NCBI GenBank assembly: GCA_051252135.1
Contig: JBPOGH010000006.1
Location: forward strand, 96,001 to 160,000
Origin: Verrucomicrobiaceae bacterium
GTDB lineage: Bacteria > Verrucomicrobiota > Verrucomicrobiia > Verrucomicrobiales > Akkermansiaceae
Reading direction: 5' to 3'
DNA length: 64,000 nt
The translations under genes and the position numbers were made by a program. The notes below the pieces were generated by a model. The model did no database searches, was not told the origin of the DNA, and saw only the letters and a program-made list of their open reading frames with translations. This document shows positions 26,942-39,312 of this stretch, piece by piece; the stretch's first letter is position 1, and each line of letters begins with the position of its first letter.

Positions 26942-29713
26942 ATGGCTACCAAAAAAAAGGCTGCTAAGAAGGCCTCCACGAAACCTCAGAACGTCTACTA
27001 CTTTGGCGCAGGAAAATGCGACGGAGACGGTTCAATGAAATCCCTCCTTGGAGGTAAGGGCGCGAACCTCGCCGAGATGAGCAGCATCGGTGTTCCCGTC
27101 CCTGCTGGCTTCACCATCACGACCGAGGTCTGCACCTACTACTACGACAACGGCAAGAAGTATCCCAAGACTCTCGATGCGGAGATTGAGGAAAACATTG
27201 CCAAGGTCGAGAAGGCCATGGGCAAAAAGTTCGGCGACCTTGAGAACCCGCTTCTCCTTTCCGTCCGTTCCGGAGCCCGTGAGTCGATGCCCGGCATGAT
27301 GGACACCATTCTCAACCTTGGTATCAACGATCAGGTTGTTGAAGCTCTCGCCAAGAAGACCGGCAACCCCAAATTTGCCTGGGACTCCTACCGCCGTTTC
27401 CTCCAGATGTATGGAAGTGTTGTGATGGAAGTGGAAGCCCACGCCGGTGAGCACCACGATCCCTACGAGGTCATCCTCGATAAAGCCAAGGCCAAGGCCA
27501 AGGTGAAGGACGATTCCGGTCTTAATGAAAAGCAGCTCCGCGGAGTTGTTGCCGAGTTCAAGAAGCTCATCAAGGACCGCTCGGGTAAGAATTTCCCTGA
27601 AGACCCACGTGCGCAGCTTAAAGGTGCTGTTAACGCCGTCTTCAACTCCTGGCAGAATGACCGCGCGATTGTCTACCGTCAGAAATACGGCATCCCTGCG
27701 GCATGGGGAACTGCTGTCAACGTTCAGGCCATGGTCTTCGGTAATACCGGTAAGACTTCCGGAACCGGTGTTGCTTTTACGCGTGACCCGGCTACCGGCG
27801 AGAACGTGTTCTACGGTGAGTATCTCATCGACGCACAGGGCGAGGACGTCGTGGCCGGTGTTCGCACACCGAAGCCAATTGCCAAGATGGCCAAGGACCT
27901 TCCCAAGTCACACAAAGAACTTCTCGTGATTCGTAAGAAGCTTGAGAAGCACTTCCGCGATGTGCAGGACGTTGAGTTCACGATTGAAGAAGGCAAGCTC
28001 TGGATGTTGCAGACCCGTAATGGCAAGCGCACCGGATTCGCAGCAGTGAATATCGCTCTCGACATGGTGAAAGAGCGTCTCATTAAGAAGGAAGAGGCGA
28101 TTCTGCGCATTCCTGCGGATGACCTGAGCCACCTCCTTGCACCGATCTTTGATTCCGCTGCCGAGAAGGCCGCCAAGAAGGTTGGTAATGGGCTTCCTGC
28201 CGGTCCCGGTGCAGCTTCCGGTAAGATTTACTTCTCCGCTGAAGACTCCGTGAAGGCTGCGGCCAAGGGGCAGAACGTCATCCTTGTCCGTCAGGCCACC
28301 TCTCCCGAGGACCTTCGGGGAATGATCGCGGCTGATGGCATCCTCACCACCGAGGGTGGAGCTTCCTCACACGCGGCACTCGTTGCCCGTCAGATGGGTA
28401 AGGTCTGTGTTTGCGGTGCTCACGGAATGTCCATCGATTACACGAAGAAGACTCTCTCCGGAAACGGCGTGACTCTTAAAGAGGGTGATGAGCTTTCGCT
28501 GAACGGATTCGTTGGAAACGTTTACAAAGGCAACATCAAGTCCTCACCTTCCCAGGTCATCCAGGGATTGATCGAGAACAAGGCTGCGGCCAAGCGTTCC
28601 GACACCTATAAAAAGTTCATGGAGCTCATGAGCTGGACCGACAAGCTTCGTAAGCTTGGCGTCCGGACCAACTCCGATACTCCGGAGCAGGTTGAGCAGG
28701 CCATCAAGTTCGGAGCGGAAGGCATTGGTCTTACCCGTGCAGAGCACATGTTCTTCGAGGGCAACCGGATCGACTCCGTTCGTGAGATGATCCTTGCCGA
28801 CGATGACGAAGGTCGGGCCAAGGCACTCAAGAAGATCAAGGTCTTTATGAAGAAGGACTTTAAGGGCATCTTCAAGTCCCTCGACGGCCGCCCGGCGACC
28901 ATCCGTCTCCTGGACCCACCTCTTCACGAGTTCATCGGCACCATGGATGCCGCCCAGAAGAAGGACCTTTCCAAGAAGATTGGAATGAGCGCTGCAGCGA
29001 TCACGAAGCGGATTCACTCTCTTCACGAAGAGAACCCGATGCTTGGTCACCGTGGTTGCCGCCTCGGTATCAGCTACCCAGCAGTCACCGCTACCCAGGT
29101 CGAGGCCATCCTCGAAGCTGCGGCAGAGGTTCAGGCCAAGGGCACGAAGGTTCTCCCTGAGATCATGGTCCCACTTGTGGCCTACGCACGTGAGCTTGAG
29201 CTCCAGAAGCAGGTCATCGATGAGACCGCTGCCGAAGTTCGCAAGAGGCTTAAGCTTAAGAAGAGCGAGCTGAAGTACACCGTGGGAACGATGATTGAAA
29301 TTCCCCGTGCTGCACTCACCGCTGATAAAGTGGCCGAGCACGCTGAGTTCTTCTCCTTCGGAACCAACGACCTCACCCAGACCGGACTTGGTCTGTCCCG
29401 TGATGACTCCTCCAGCTTCCTCCCAACCTATCAGGATGCGGAAGTTCTCAACAACAACCCCTTCGCAGCTCTTGACCAAGAGGGTGTCGGTCAGCTTGTT
29501 GAAATCGGCGTTGAGAAGGGTCGTCAGACCAAGAAGAAACTCAAGATCGGTATCTGCGGCGAGCACGGCGGAGATCCTGATTCGGTGAAGTTCTTCCACC
29601 GCACCGGACTCGACTACGTTTCCTGCTCACCATTCCGTATCCCCGTAGCCCGTCTTGCCGCAGCGCAAGCCGCTCTCGAGGAAAAGGGAATGGCTCGTGG
29701 TGAAATGAGCTAA
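26942..29713 (+). CDS. ppdK: Pyruvate, phosphate dikinase
   Basis: [38 protein letters not shown] (phospho-His), [31 protein letters not shown]. Confidence 0.97.
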   Translation: MATKKKAAKKASTKPQNVYYFGAGKCDGDGSMKSLLGGKGANLAEMSSIGVPVPAGFTITTEVCTYYYDNGKKYPKTLDAEIEENIAKVEKAMGKKFGDLENPLLLSVRSGARESMPGMMDTILNLGINDQVVEALAKKTGNPKFAWDSYRRFLQMYGSVVMEVEAHAGEHHDPYEVILDKAKAKAKVKDDSGLNEKQLRGVVAEFKKLIKDRSGKNFPEDPRAQLKGAVNAVFNSWQNDRAIVYRQKYGIPAAWGTAVNVQAMVFGNTGKTSGTGVAFTRDPATGENVFYGEYLIDAQGEDVVAGVRTPKPIAKMAKDLPKSHKELLVIRKKLEKHFRDVQDVEFTIEEGKLWMLQTRNGKRTGFAAVNIALDMVKERLIKKEEAILRIPADDLSHLLAPIFDSAAEKAAKKVGNGLPAGPGAASGKIYFSAEDSVKAAAKGQNVILVRQATSPEDLRGMIAADGILTTEGGASSHAALVARQMGKVCVCGAHGMSIDYTKKTLSGNGVTLKEGDELSLNGFVGNVYKGNIKSSPSQVIQGLIENKAAAKRSDTYKKFMELMSWTDKLRKLGVRTNSDTPEQVEQAIKFGAEGIGLTRAEHMFFEGNRIDSVREMILADDDEGRAKALKKIKVFMKKDFKGIFKSLDGRPATIRLLDPPLHEFIGTMDAAQKKDLSKKIGMSAAAITKRIHSLHEENPMLGHRGCRLGISYPAVTATQVEAILEAAAEVQAKGTKVLPEIMVPLVAYARELELQKQVIDETAAEVRKRLKLKKSELKYTVGTMIEIPRAALTADKVAEHAEFFSFGTNDLTQTGLGLSRDDSSSFLPTYQDAEVLNNNPFAALDQEGVGQLVEIGVEKGRQTKKKLKIGICGEHGGDPDSVKFFHRTGLDYVSCSPFRIPVARLAAAQAALEEKGMARGEMS

Positions 29714-29733
29714 GCGCTCAGCTAACAAACTTC

Positions 29734-29768
29734 AAAGCCCCGTTCGTTAACGCGAGCGGGGCTTTTTT
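29734..29768 (+). terminator. Intrinsic terminator after ppdK
   Basis: AAAGCCCCGTTCG-TTAACG-CGAGCGGGGCTTT followed by a T run. Confidence 0.85.
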
Positions 29769-30192
29769 AGTTTGGTCGTAAATGTGATGGGGCCGGATTG
29801 GGGGCCCGCCCCGTCCTTTTCGGGGATGTGCACCCGTCCGGATACGTGGATGTTCGATTTGGAGGCTCACATCAACCCAGCATGACCATTCGCATCTTCC
29901 CAGGTAGCCCATTTTTGTTTTCCCCAGTGGGTTACAGCATGCTCAATCAGGCGGTGGGCCTGGGGTTGGTGAAGTGGAAGTTCGGGTGTTGGGCCGAGGG
30001 GACTTTGATCGATCGTCCCGAGGGGGTGATTCCGGTTACCGGATTCAGGGAGTTCCGGTGAATGGTGTGATCCTTGAGATGGAGGCTGCAAAATCCGGGT
30101 CCGAGTTGGACTGAGATTGATGGCCGGGGATCATTTTCCGATGATCTCCGGGCGGTTGCCTGAGGAGCAGGATGGAGAAAGCCGGATGGGGC

Positions 30193-31338
30193 TTATTCTT
30201 CGGATTGGGAATTCTGCTGTGCGGCTTCCTTGGCCTTTTTCTCGATAGCTGCCTGCTCGCGTTCCTGTTCTTTTACGACAGCAAGCTCCGAGCGTTTGCT
30301 TTCGGGGAGGTCGCGATACATGAGGGTGAGGCGGACTTCATTTTTGAAGACGCGATTTACCGAGATTTGGCGAACGTCGATGAGGTATTCATCGGCGAGG
30401 GCTTTGCGCAGGTAGTTGTCATCGAGGACCTTTTCTTTTTCGGAAATCCGGTAGTCGACTTCGATTTTATGGAAGCCATCACGCCAGACCGATGGCTTGT
30501 CGGCGAAGTATGCGGTGAGGAGGATGACAATGGCCGAGGGGACGTCGACAACAGTTGGCATCATGGTGTTGACGAAGGTGAGGGAGATGGCTCCCAGGAG
30601 GTAGGCGATCTCCGCCTTGTCGAAGGCCTCGCTTCGGAGTCGCACCAGGGCGAGGAGGGCGAAGATGGTGAAACCGAAGCCAGCGGTAACAAGGGAGCTG
30701 GAGAGGAAAATGGGGAAGAGGAAGAGGTTGAAGGCCAGGAGGAGGAACAACATTTTATGATCATGATGCCTCCGGTAGTAGATCATGTAGGCATAGATGA
30801 AGATGGTGAGAAAGTTGAAGAGGGCTTTGTAGATGAGGGTCCAGCCCGTCTTGGAGAGTTTGGTGTCGCGCTTGGTTTGATTGACCCAATGCTGGAAGAA
30901 GCCTTCTTCGGTCGGGGGTCTTACGGGATCGAGGACTTTGCCCCGGGAATCGAACATGATGTCCTGTTTCTTGGCCCCATTTTTGAATTCGACATCGTAG
31001 AAGATTCCGTGGGTGTTGCTATCGACGCCCTCGATTCCGCGGATGTTGTTCTTGTCGTATTTGAGGACGATGGCGGAGCGGACTTCGGCGGGAAGTTCCT
31101 CGAAAGTGGTGTTGTGCTCGGTCTCGACCCAATTTCCTTCGGCATCGAAGTCGGCGCGGAATTTGGTTCCGTTGACTTCAAAGTGGGCCTCCCAGGAACC
31201 ACCGGATTCCTCTTCCCACTTTGGTTCTTCGACATCGGGGTATTTTTCGCGGAAGGCTTTCTCGATAATTTCAGTGACTCCCAGTGCGGTGTGGCAGCAG
31301 AAGATGGCAAGGGCGAGATGGAGAAAAAGTGCTTTCAT
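30193..31338 (-). CDS. PepSY-like periplasmic domain fused to a DUF4956 membrane domain
   Basis: Signal peptide; AFREKYP..KWE...EAHF...FDAEGNWVETE...LPAEV PepSY-like repeats; AGFGFTIFALLALVRLRSE...EIAYL DUF4956-like motif. Start ATG 31338. Confidence 0.7.
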   Translation of the reverse strand: MKALFLHLALAIFCCHTALGVTEIIEKAFREKYPDVEEPKWEEESGGSWEAHFEVNGTKFRADFDAEGNWVETEHNTTFEELPAEVRSAIVLKYDKNNIRGIEGVDSNTHGIFYDVEFKNGAKKQDIMFDSRGKVLDPVRPPTEEGFFQHWVNQTKRDTKLSKTGWTLIYKALFNFLTIFIYAYMIYYRRHHDHKMLFLLLAFNLFLFPIFLSSSLVTAGFGFTIFALLALVRLRSEAFDKAEIAYLLGAISLTFVNTMMPTVVDVPSAIVILLTAYFADKPSVWRDGFHKIEVDYRISEKEKVLDDNYLRKALADEYLIDVRQISVNRVFKNEVRLTLMYRDLPESKRSELAVVKEQEREQAAIEKKAKEAAQQNSQSEE

Positions 31339-31511
31339 GCGAGATGATTGGGAAACCATAAGGTCTCAGGGGAGTCACTGCAGTTTGACAGTCCAAGGGT
31401 GAGGTGAGAAGCATCTTCCTTGGAAAAATTGCGGGGGGTGGGAGAGTTTTTTACGGTTTGGCGGGGAGAAAAAGATTCTTTCTGAGGCATTGAGGGAAAG
31501 AATGGCGACAG

Positions 31512-32063
31512 ATGAGCAAGTTGGAAAACAAGGTGAGCCGGGTGTTGAGTTTGGTACTGCGTCACGATCCGGGATCGATTGGATTGGCGCTGAACGAGCA
31601 AGGGTGGGCAGAGGTGGATGAATTGCTGGTGTGTCTGAAGAGGAGCGGGAAGGCGGTGGATTTGGAGATGTTAAAAAAGGTGGTTACCAATAGCTCCCAG
31701 CAGCGGTTTTCCTTTTCCGAGGACGGGAAGTTGATCCGGGCCAACGAGGGACACTCGTTTAATATTGATTTGGAATTGGAGGAGAAGAATCCGCCGGAGA
31801 ATCTTTATCACGGAACGGCTGATCGCTTTATGGAGTTCATCGAGCGGGGAGGGTTGCTTAAGATGAAGCGGGACTTTGTTCATCTCACCAGCGACCCGAA
31901 GATCGCTCACGAGGCGGGAGGTCGGCAAGGGGTGCCGGTGATTCTTGAGATCGGGACGAAGGTGATGCTGGATCACGGGTTCCGTTTTTATCAGGCCAAG
32001 AACGGGGTATGGCTGACGGACAGTGTGCCGCCGGATTATCTGACGCGGCGTTTCCGGATTTGA
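31512..32063 (+). CDS. kptA: RNA 2'-phosphotransferase (Tpt1/KptA)
   Basis: SLVLRHDP, IRANEGHS, LYHGT, RDFVHLT, NGVWLTDSVPP. Confidence 0.93.
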   Translation: MSKLENKVSRVLSLVLRHDPGSIGLALNEQGWAEVDELLVCLKRSGKAVDLEMLKKVVTNSSQQRFSFSEDGKLIRANEGHSFNIDLELEEKNPPENLYHGTADRFMEFIERGGLLKMKRDFVHLTSDPKIAHEAGGRQGVPVILEIGTKVMLDHGFRFYQAKNGVWLTDSVPPDYLTRRFRI

Positions 32064-32065
32064 GT

Positions 32066-32266
32066 CTATCCGCCTGCGGCGATGGTGATGATCTCGAGTT
32101 GGTCGCCGTCGCTGAGTTCCTGATCGAATTCCGAGGGGGAGAGGGCCCGGCGGTTGAGCTCGACGACGACGGGTTTTCCAGCCAGCCCGAGGGAGTCGAG
32201 GAGGGCGGGAAGGGTGAGAGGAGCGTCGAACTTTTGGGTTTCGCCGTTGATGGTGAGGGTCATCAT
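32066..32266 (-). CDS. thiS: Sulfur carrier protein ThiS
   Basis: LTINGE...VVVELNR...GDQLEIITIAAGG (C-terminal GG); translationally coupled to thiH. Confidence 0.93.
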   Translation of the reverse strand: MMTLTINGETQKFDAPLTLPALLDSLGLAGKPVVVELNRRALSPSEFDQELSDGDQLEIITIAAGG

Positions 32267-33402
32267 TTTGTGAGGATGGCAGCGTCCCAATCTTTCCAGA
32301 CGGGATCAAATCCTTTTGCGCGGAGAAGGTGGGCGATCTCGGTAGCGGGGCGTTTGTCGTCGATCTCAAACTGGCCGGTGGCGCGGGAGCAGGAGGAGGT
32401 TTGATCTGCTTCGAGTTCGACGCGGCGGCCCTTGACGGTGAGGTGAAGGTCGTCGGTTCCGGCTCCGGTGTATCCACCGGGGTCGGTTTTTGACTCGGCG
32501 GAGATATGAGTGATGCCGAGTCCGAAGAGGGAGTCACGGAGGGCGGCGGGCTCACGGGTGGAGAGGACGATGCCGACCTGGGGGAAGCAGATGCGGAAGG
32601 CGGTGATGAGCTGGACAAGGTGCCGGTCCGAGAGGGAGAGGTTTTCGTCCGGGGTATACTCGTAGTTTCCGGCATGGGGTTTCATGCGGGGGAAGGCGAC
32701 GCTGAATTGGGCCTTCCAGCCGATGCGCATGAGGTAGTCGAGGTGGGTGGCGAGGGCGATGGCCTCGTGGCGCCAGTCGGCGAGGCCGAAGAGGGCTCCG
32801 ATGCCGATGCGGCGGAAGCCTCCGGCGTAGGCGCGCTCCGGGCAGTCGAGGCGCCAGTCGAAGTTCTTTTTGGGGCCGGCGGTGTGGAGGACCTGGTAGG
32901 TTTCGCGGTGGTAGGTCTCCTGATAGACGATGAGGCCTTCGGCTCCGTGATCGACCAGCTCACCGTATTGGTGGTCCTCCATGGGGCCGACCTCGATGCC
33001 GATGGTGGGGATGAAGTCCTTGATGGCATCGACGCACTCCTGAAGGTAGCCCTCGGAGACGAACTTGGGGTGTTCACCGGCGACGAGAAGGATGTTGCGG
33101 AAGCCGAGGGCGTGGAGGTGGCGGGCCTCGGTGACGACCTGCTCAATGGTGAGAGTGGTGCGGAAAATGGGGTTGTCGCGGGAGAAACCGCAATACTGGC
33201 AGTTGTTGACGCACTCGTTTGAGACGTAGAGCGGGGCGAAGAGGCGCATCGTTTTGCCGAAGTGTCGGCGGGTGATTTGCTGGCTTTGGCGGGCTCTGTT
33301 TTCGAGTGTTTGGTTATCGCAAGGTGCGAGGAGGCGGTTGAAGCGCTCCATCAACGGGGTGGGATGGGCCATCAGGTGCTCGAACTGCTGCGAAAAACTC
33401 AC
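32263..33402 (-). CDS. thiH: 2-iminoacetate synthase (radical SAM)
   Basis: FAPLYVSNECVNNCQYCGF, YQETYH, GIGALFGL, LSTRE, GQFEIDD.R, PVWKDWD. Start uncertain (GTG 33402 assumed). Confidence 0.92.
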   Translation of the reverse strand: MSFSQQFEHLMAHPTPLMERFNRLLAPCDNQTLENRARQSQQITRRHFGKTMRLFAPLYVSNECVNNCQYCGFSRDNPIFRTTLTIEQVVTEARHLHALGFRNILLVAGEHPKFVSEGYLQECVDAIKDFIPTIGIEVGPMEDHQYGELVDHGAEGLIVYQETYHRETYQVLHTAGPKKNFDWRLDCPERAYAGGFRRIGIGALFGLADWRHEAIALATHLDYLMRIGWKAQFSVAFPRMKPHAGNYEYTPDENLSLSDRHLVQLITAFRICFPQVGIVLSTREPAALRDSLFGLGITHISAESKTDPGGYTGAGTDDLHLTVKGRRVELEADQTSSCSRATGQFEIDDKRPATEIAHLLRAKGFDPVWKDWDAAILTK

Positions 33403-33497
33403 GGCGGAGGGATCATGCCTGCGGGCGGCTTTGTCAAAAAGATTGCTTCTTTTTTGAATTGTCACCCTGCCCCGCAAGTGCTGGAGTTTCCACCGAA

Positions 33498-33818
33498 ATG
33501 GCTAACGCAACGAATGTCCTCTCCCAAGGGATCGAAATCAAAGGATCGATCAAGTTTTCCAACGACATGATCATCGACGGTAAGATCGATGGCGAGATTG
33601 AGTCCGAGAAGGGCAAGATCACGATTGGCGAGAACGCGAACATCAAAGGCGACGTAAAGGCTGGCGAGGTGAAGCTCTATGGTCGGGTAGAAGGAACCAT
33701 CACTTCGGATCGTTGCGAGCTGAAGGAGAAATCCAAGCTTAACGGGGATATTAAAACCAAGATGCTGAGCATGGAGGAAGGAGCGAGCCTGACCGGACGC
33801 ACCGATATTGGCGGTTAA
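33498..33818 (+). CDS. Bactofilin (polymer-forming cytoskeletal protein)
   Basis: IKGSIKF...IDGKIDGEI...IGENANIKGDV...GRVEGTI...GDI...MEEGA beta-helix repeats. Confidence 0.92.
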   Translation: MANATNVLSQGIEIKGSIKFSNDMIIDGKIDGEIESEKGKITIGENANIKGDVKAGEVKLYGRVEGTITSDRCELKEKSKLNGDIKTKMLSMEEGASLTGRTDIGG

Positions 33819-33840
33819 GTAAGCGTAGCTTAAATTTTTT

Positions 33841-33874
33841 AAAGACGTCGTTTCTCCGGAAACGGCGTCTTTTT
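33841..33874 (+). terminator. Intrinsic terminator after the bactofilin gene
   Basis: AAAGACGTCGTTTC-TCCG-GAAACGGCGTCTTT followed by TT. Confidence 0.85.
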
Positions 33875-33894
33875 GTATACTCGGCCTTTCTTGA

Positions 33895-36150
<2,256 letters not shown>

Positions 36151-36233
36151 AGTCGACTGGTCTTTTTTATAACGCACTGATGAGGTGGCTTCGCATCGTA
36201 TTTTGCGCGGGAGTTGAAGATAGGGTGGGCTGA

Positions 36234-36818
36234 CTAAGGTCCTTCAAATGCCGGGTTCGGGATCCAATTTCCGTTGTAACGTTTCTTTTCCCATTGGAGA
36301 AAGTATGCCGTATCTTCTTTCTTGGATGCTTCAATGATCTTCTCGGGGGCGTCCCAGACAGTATTGAAGTTTTCGAGCGTCAAATCATAGAAATCGGCGT
36401 GATCGCCAAGTGCGCACAAGGCCTCGTCTACCCGGCTCAAGTGCCTGCGAAGAGCGGTAGCACTTCTTGTTGTGGCAAGTTTGCGAAGGATGAGAGTTCC
36501 CAGCTCTTGTTCCGAGATGGAGTCAGCATTCGCCATTCCTAAGACATGTATTCTGAGTGCTTTGATTTCAAATTGGGGCATTCGCGCGCAATCGGGACAG
36601 TTGATCCACTCGGTTCTCACCGGGTCGATTTGGTAGATCTTTGAAATTTCGCTCTCTCTTTCCCGTCCAATTTTCAAGGTAATCCCCCAGACGGAAGGAT
36701 TGGAGCGGATCTTTCCAGAGTAAAGATCAACTTGATGTTGAAATGAAAACCCCAAGATAAGGACTGCGATGAGGGAAACCGTTGCTGCTATTTTCAGGAG
36801 TTTCGAAGTGCGGCTCAT
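36234..36818 (-). CDS. Hypothetical membrane-anchored protein
   Basis: ATG 36818 lies just after the NRAMP stop; N-terminal TM segment; one CPDC motif; AT-richer than its flanks. Confidence 0.55.
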   Translation of the reverse strand: MSRTSKLLKIAATVSLIAVLILGFSFQHQVDLYSGKIRSNPSVWGITLKIGRERESEISKIYQIDPVRTEWINCPDCARMPQFEIKALRIHVLGMANADSISEQELGTLILRKLATTRSATALRRHLSRVDEALCALGDHADFYDLTLENFNTVWDAPEKIIEASKKEDTAYFLQWEKKRYNGNWIPNPAFEGP

Positions 36819-36825
36819 GGTTTCC

Positions 36826-38181
36826 TTACAGTGCGAATTTGACCGCCGAGTAGACGCCGGCGGCGGCGATGGAGAGGGCGCTGAGCCAGAGGATGGCATC
36901 GAATTTTCGACCGGGGCGGAGTTCCGGGGCGAGCCAGCGGTAGCGCATCACGAGGGTGGCGTAGACGACGATGAAGAGGATGAGGGTGGTGAGAGAACCG
37001 CCGATGATGACCATGAGGCCCGGTGTCTGGAAGGTGAAGTAGAGGAGGGTCCAGATGACGGGGAAGAGGACGCTGAGAAGGGCGATGGATTTTTTGCGGT
37101 CGGCTTCTTTTTCGAAATCGATCCAGCCGAAGCGTCCGAAGGCATCCGAGAAGAGGCGGCTCCAAGCGGCGAGGGAGGTGATGAGAGTGGAGAAGAGGAC
37201 GACGAAGGCGCCGATCATGAAGGCATTGCGGGCCCAGCTGCCGAGGGTGTCGGTGTACATGCGGGAGAGGTGTTCGAGCAGGTCTCCTGCTTCCGGGACG
37301 ATTTCCTGTGAGTTGAGGATGGCAGCGCCGAGGAGGTAGAACATGGCGGTCATCAGGGTGTAGCAGACCATGGCGGCGAGAGCGTCGATCTGCATGACGC
37401 GGATCCATCCGCGGGCGCGGGCGAGCCAGGCGGCGCGTTCTTCCTGATTGGTGGGTTCCGGGCCGGTGTGTGCGGCGTAGCCTTTTTCGATGAGCCAGTA
37501 ATTGTAAGCGAGGATTTCATCGCCTCCGACGCCGGTGATGGCGAAGGCTCCCATGGCAACGAGGAGGGCTCCTTCGGGCAGGGTGAGTCCGAAGCCCGAG
37601 CCGAGATCCGACCAGCTGATGGAGAAGGGGGTCCATTGGAGGGCGATGAGCGAAACGACGGTGAAGGCGGTGAAGAGGGTGATCATGATGATGGACCACT
37701 TTTCAATGGGGGTGTAAATGCCACGGAAGATGATGGCCATGGCTCCGAGGGCGGCGATGACGGCCCAGAAGAGCGGGTGGACCGGGATGAGGGCGTGAAG
37801 GGCCAGGGCGACGCCACCAACCACGCCTCCGACCTGAAGGGCTTTGAGTGATTGGATGACGAACCAAGCCCAGACGGCCCATCCGGTGCGACCCATGCGT
37901 GGCCCGGGAAGATCGCCGAGGGCTTGCATGGAGGTTTTACCCGAGGCGATGGTGAAGCGTCCGAATTCGATTTGGACGGCGACTTTGACAAGGCAGGAAA
38001 AGAGGATGACCCAGAGGCAGACGAAGCCGACCTTTGCTCCAAAGAGGGTGGTGGCAAAGAGTTCGCCCGATCCGACGATGGAGGCGGTGAGGATAAATCC
38101 CGGCCCAAGACGCTTGAGGGTGCCCGCTATGGTGGTGGGCGGGTCGATGACCTTTTCGGGTGTGCGGAGGTAGGGATTCAC
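36826..38181 (-). CDS. NRAMP-superfamily transporter (divergent, YcsG-like)
   Basis: LGPGFILTASIVGSGEL, about 11 TM segments, YNYWLIEKGYA. Lacks the canonical MntH DPGN motif. Start uncertain (38181 or 38205). Confidence 0.8.
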   Translation of the reverse strand: MNPYLRTPEKVIDPPTTIAGTLKRLGPGFILTASIVGSGELFATTLFGAKVGFVCLWVILFSCLVKVAVQIEFGRFTIASGKTSMQALGDLPGPRMGRTGWAVWAWFVIQSLKALQVGGVVGGVALALHALIPVHPLFWAVIAALGAMAIIFRGIYTPIEKWSIIMITLFTAFTVVSLIALQWTPFSISWSDLGSGFGLTLPEGALLVAMGAFAITGVGGDEILAYNYWLIEKGYAAHTGPEPTNQEERAAWLARARGWIRVMQIDALAAMVCYTLMTAMFYLLGAAILNSQEIVPEAGDLLEHLSRMYTDTLGSWARNAFMIGAFVVLFSTLITSLAAWSRLFSDAFGRFGWIDFEKEADRKKSIALLSVLFPVIWTLLYFTFQTPGLMVIIGGSLTTLILFIVVYATLVMRYRWLAPELRPGRKFDAILWLSALSIAAAGVYSAVKFAL

Positions 38182-38231
38182 TCGAAACAGATTGACCCGA
38201 TCCAAGAGAGGAGGGAATCACTAAGTCCGTG

Positions 38232-39281
38232 TTACTGGCCCTTTACGTGGTTGAGTAAGGCTGTTGCGCAATCGTGGAAGGCTGCGGAGGACTTGGACTC
38301 CGAGGGGCTCAGGCTGGCGACGGGTTCTCCGCCATCGCAGCGGGTGCCGATGACGGGCTCGAGGGGGATTTGGCCGAGGAGGGGGACTTTGATGCGGTCG
38401 CACTCGCGCTGGGCGCCGCCTTGTCCGAAGAGGTGGTAGCGCTGGCCGTGGTCGCACTCGAAGTACGACATGTTTTCGATTAAGCCGAGGATGGGGACGT
38501 TGACTTTGGCAAACATCGAGACGGCCTTACGGGCGTCGATCATGGCGACCTCCTGCGGGGTGGTGACGATGACGGCGCCATCGAGCGCGACGGACTGGAC
38601 GATGGTAAGCTGGATGTCACCGGTGCCGGGAGGGAGGTCGAGGATGAGGACATCGAGATCCTTCCAGGCGACCTGGTGGAGAAATTGCTGGGTGTAGCGG
38701 GTGGCGAGGGGTCCACGGACGATGACGGGGGATTGGTCGCTGAGGAGGAAGCCCATGGACATGAGTTGCAGTCCGTGCGCTTCGATGGGGATGATTTGGT
38801 CCTGATCGTTGGCGGAGGGCTGGTGGTCGACAACGCCGAACATAAGGGGGACGGAGGGGCCGTAGAGGTCACAGTCGAGAAGGCCGACCTTGAGACCTTG
38901 TTTTGAAAGTGCGATGGCGAGATTTGAAGAGACGGTGGATTTTCCGACGCCGCCCTTTCCGGAGCCGACGGCGATGATGCGTTTGACTCCGGGGATTTTC
39001 TGGTGGCCGGTGGATTCGCCGCCGGGAGAGCCCGGAGGGTCCTGAACGTCGATCTCGATGCGGACGCGCTCAGGGCCGTTGAAGAGGGGGTCGAGGACGG
39101 CGTGGCAGTCCTGAAAGATGGTCTGCGGGATTTTGGGATCGCGGGTTTGAATCTGAAGTTTGACTTGAGCGGTGCCCTCGACGACCTCGGTTGATTTTAC
39201 GAGTCCGAAGGAGATGATGTCGCGTGAGAAGCCGGGGTACTTTACTTCCGCGAGTGATTTGCGCAGTTCGTCGTTCGTCAT
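38232..39281 (-). CDS. mrp: Mrp/ApbC (NBP35-family) Fe-S cluster carrier ATPase
   Basis: N-terminal DUF59-like domain, GSGKGGVGKST, DLPPGTGD, VTTPQ, ENMSYFEC. Confidence 0.93.
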   Translation of the reverse strand: MTNDELRKSLAEVKYPGFSRDIISFGLVKSTEVVEGTAQVKLQIQTRDPKIPQTIFQDCHAVLDPLFNGPERVRIEIDVQDPPGSPGGESTGHQKIPGVKRIIAVGSGKGGVGKSTVSSNLAIALSKQGLKVGLLDCDLYGPSVPLMFGVVDHQPSANDQDQIIPIEAHGLQLMSMGFLLSDQSPVIVRGPLATRYTQQFLHQVAWKDLDVLILDLPPGTGDIQLTIVQSVALDGAVIVTTPQEVAMIDARKAVSMFAKVNVPILGLIENMSYFECDHGQRYHLFGQGGAQRECDRIKVPLLGQIPLEPVIGTRCDGGEPVASLSPSESKSSAAFHDCATALLNHVKGQ

Positions 39282-39312
39282 GGCGGGAATCTAACCGGAC
39301 CTCGGGGAGGTG

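Noticed and set aside
33403..33497. TPP riboswitch upstream of thiH
   Set aside because: The divergent gap is only about 95 bp and no CUGAGA core is visible on the thiH strand.
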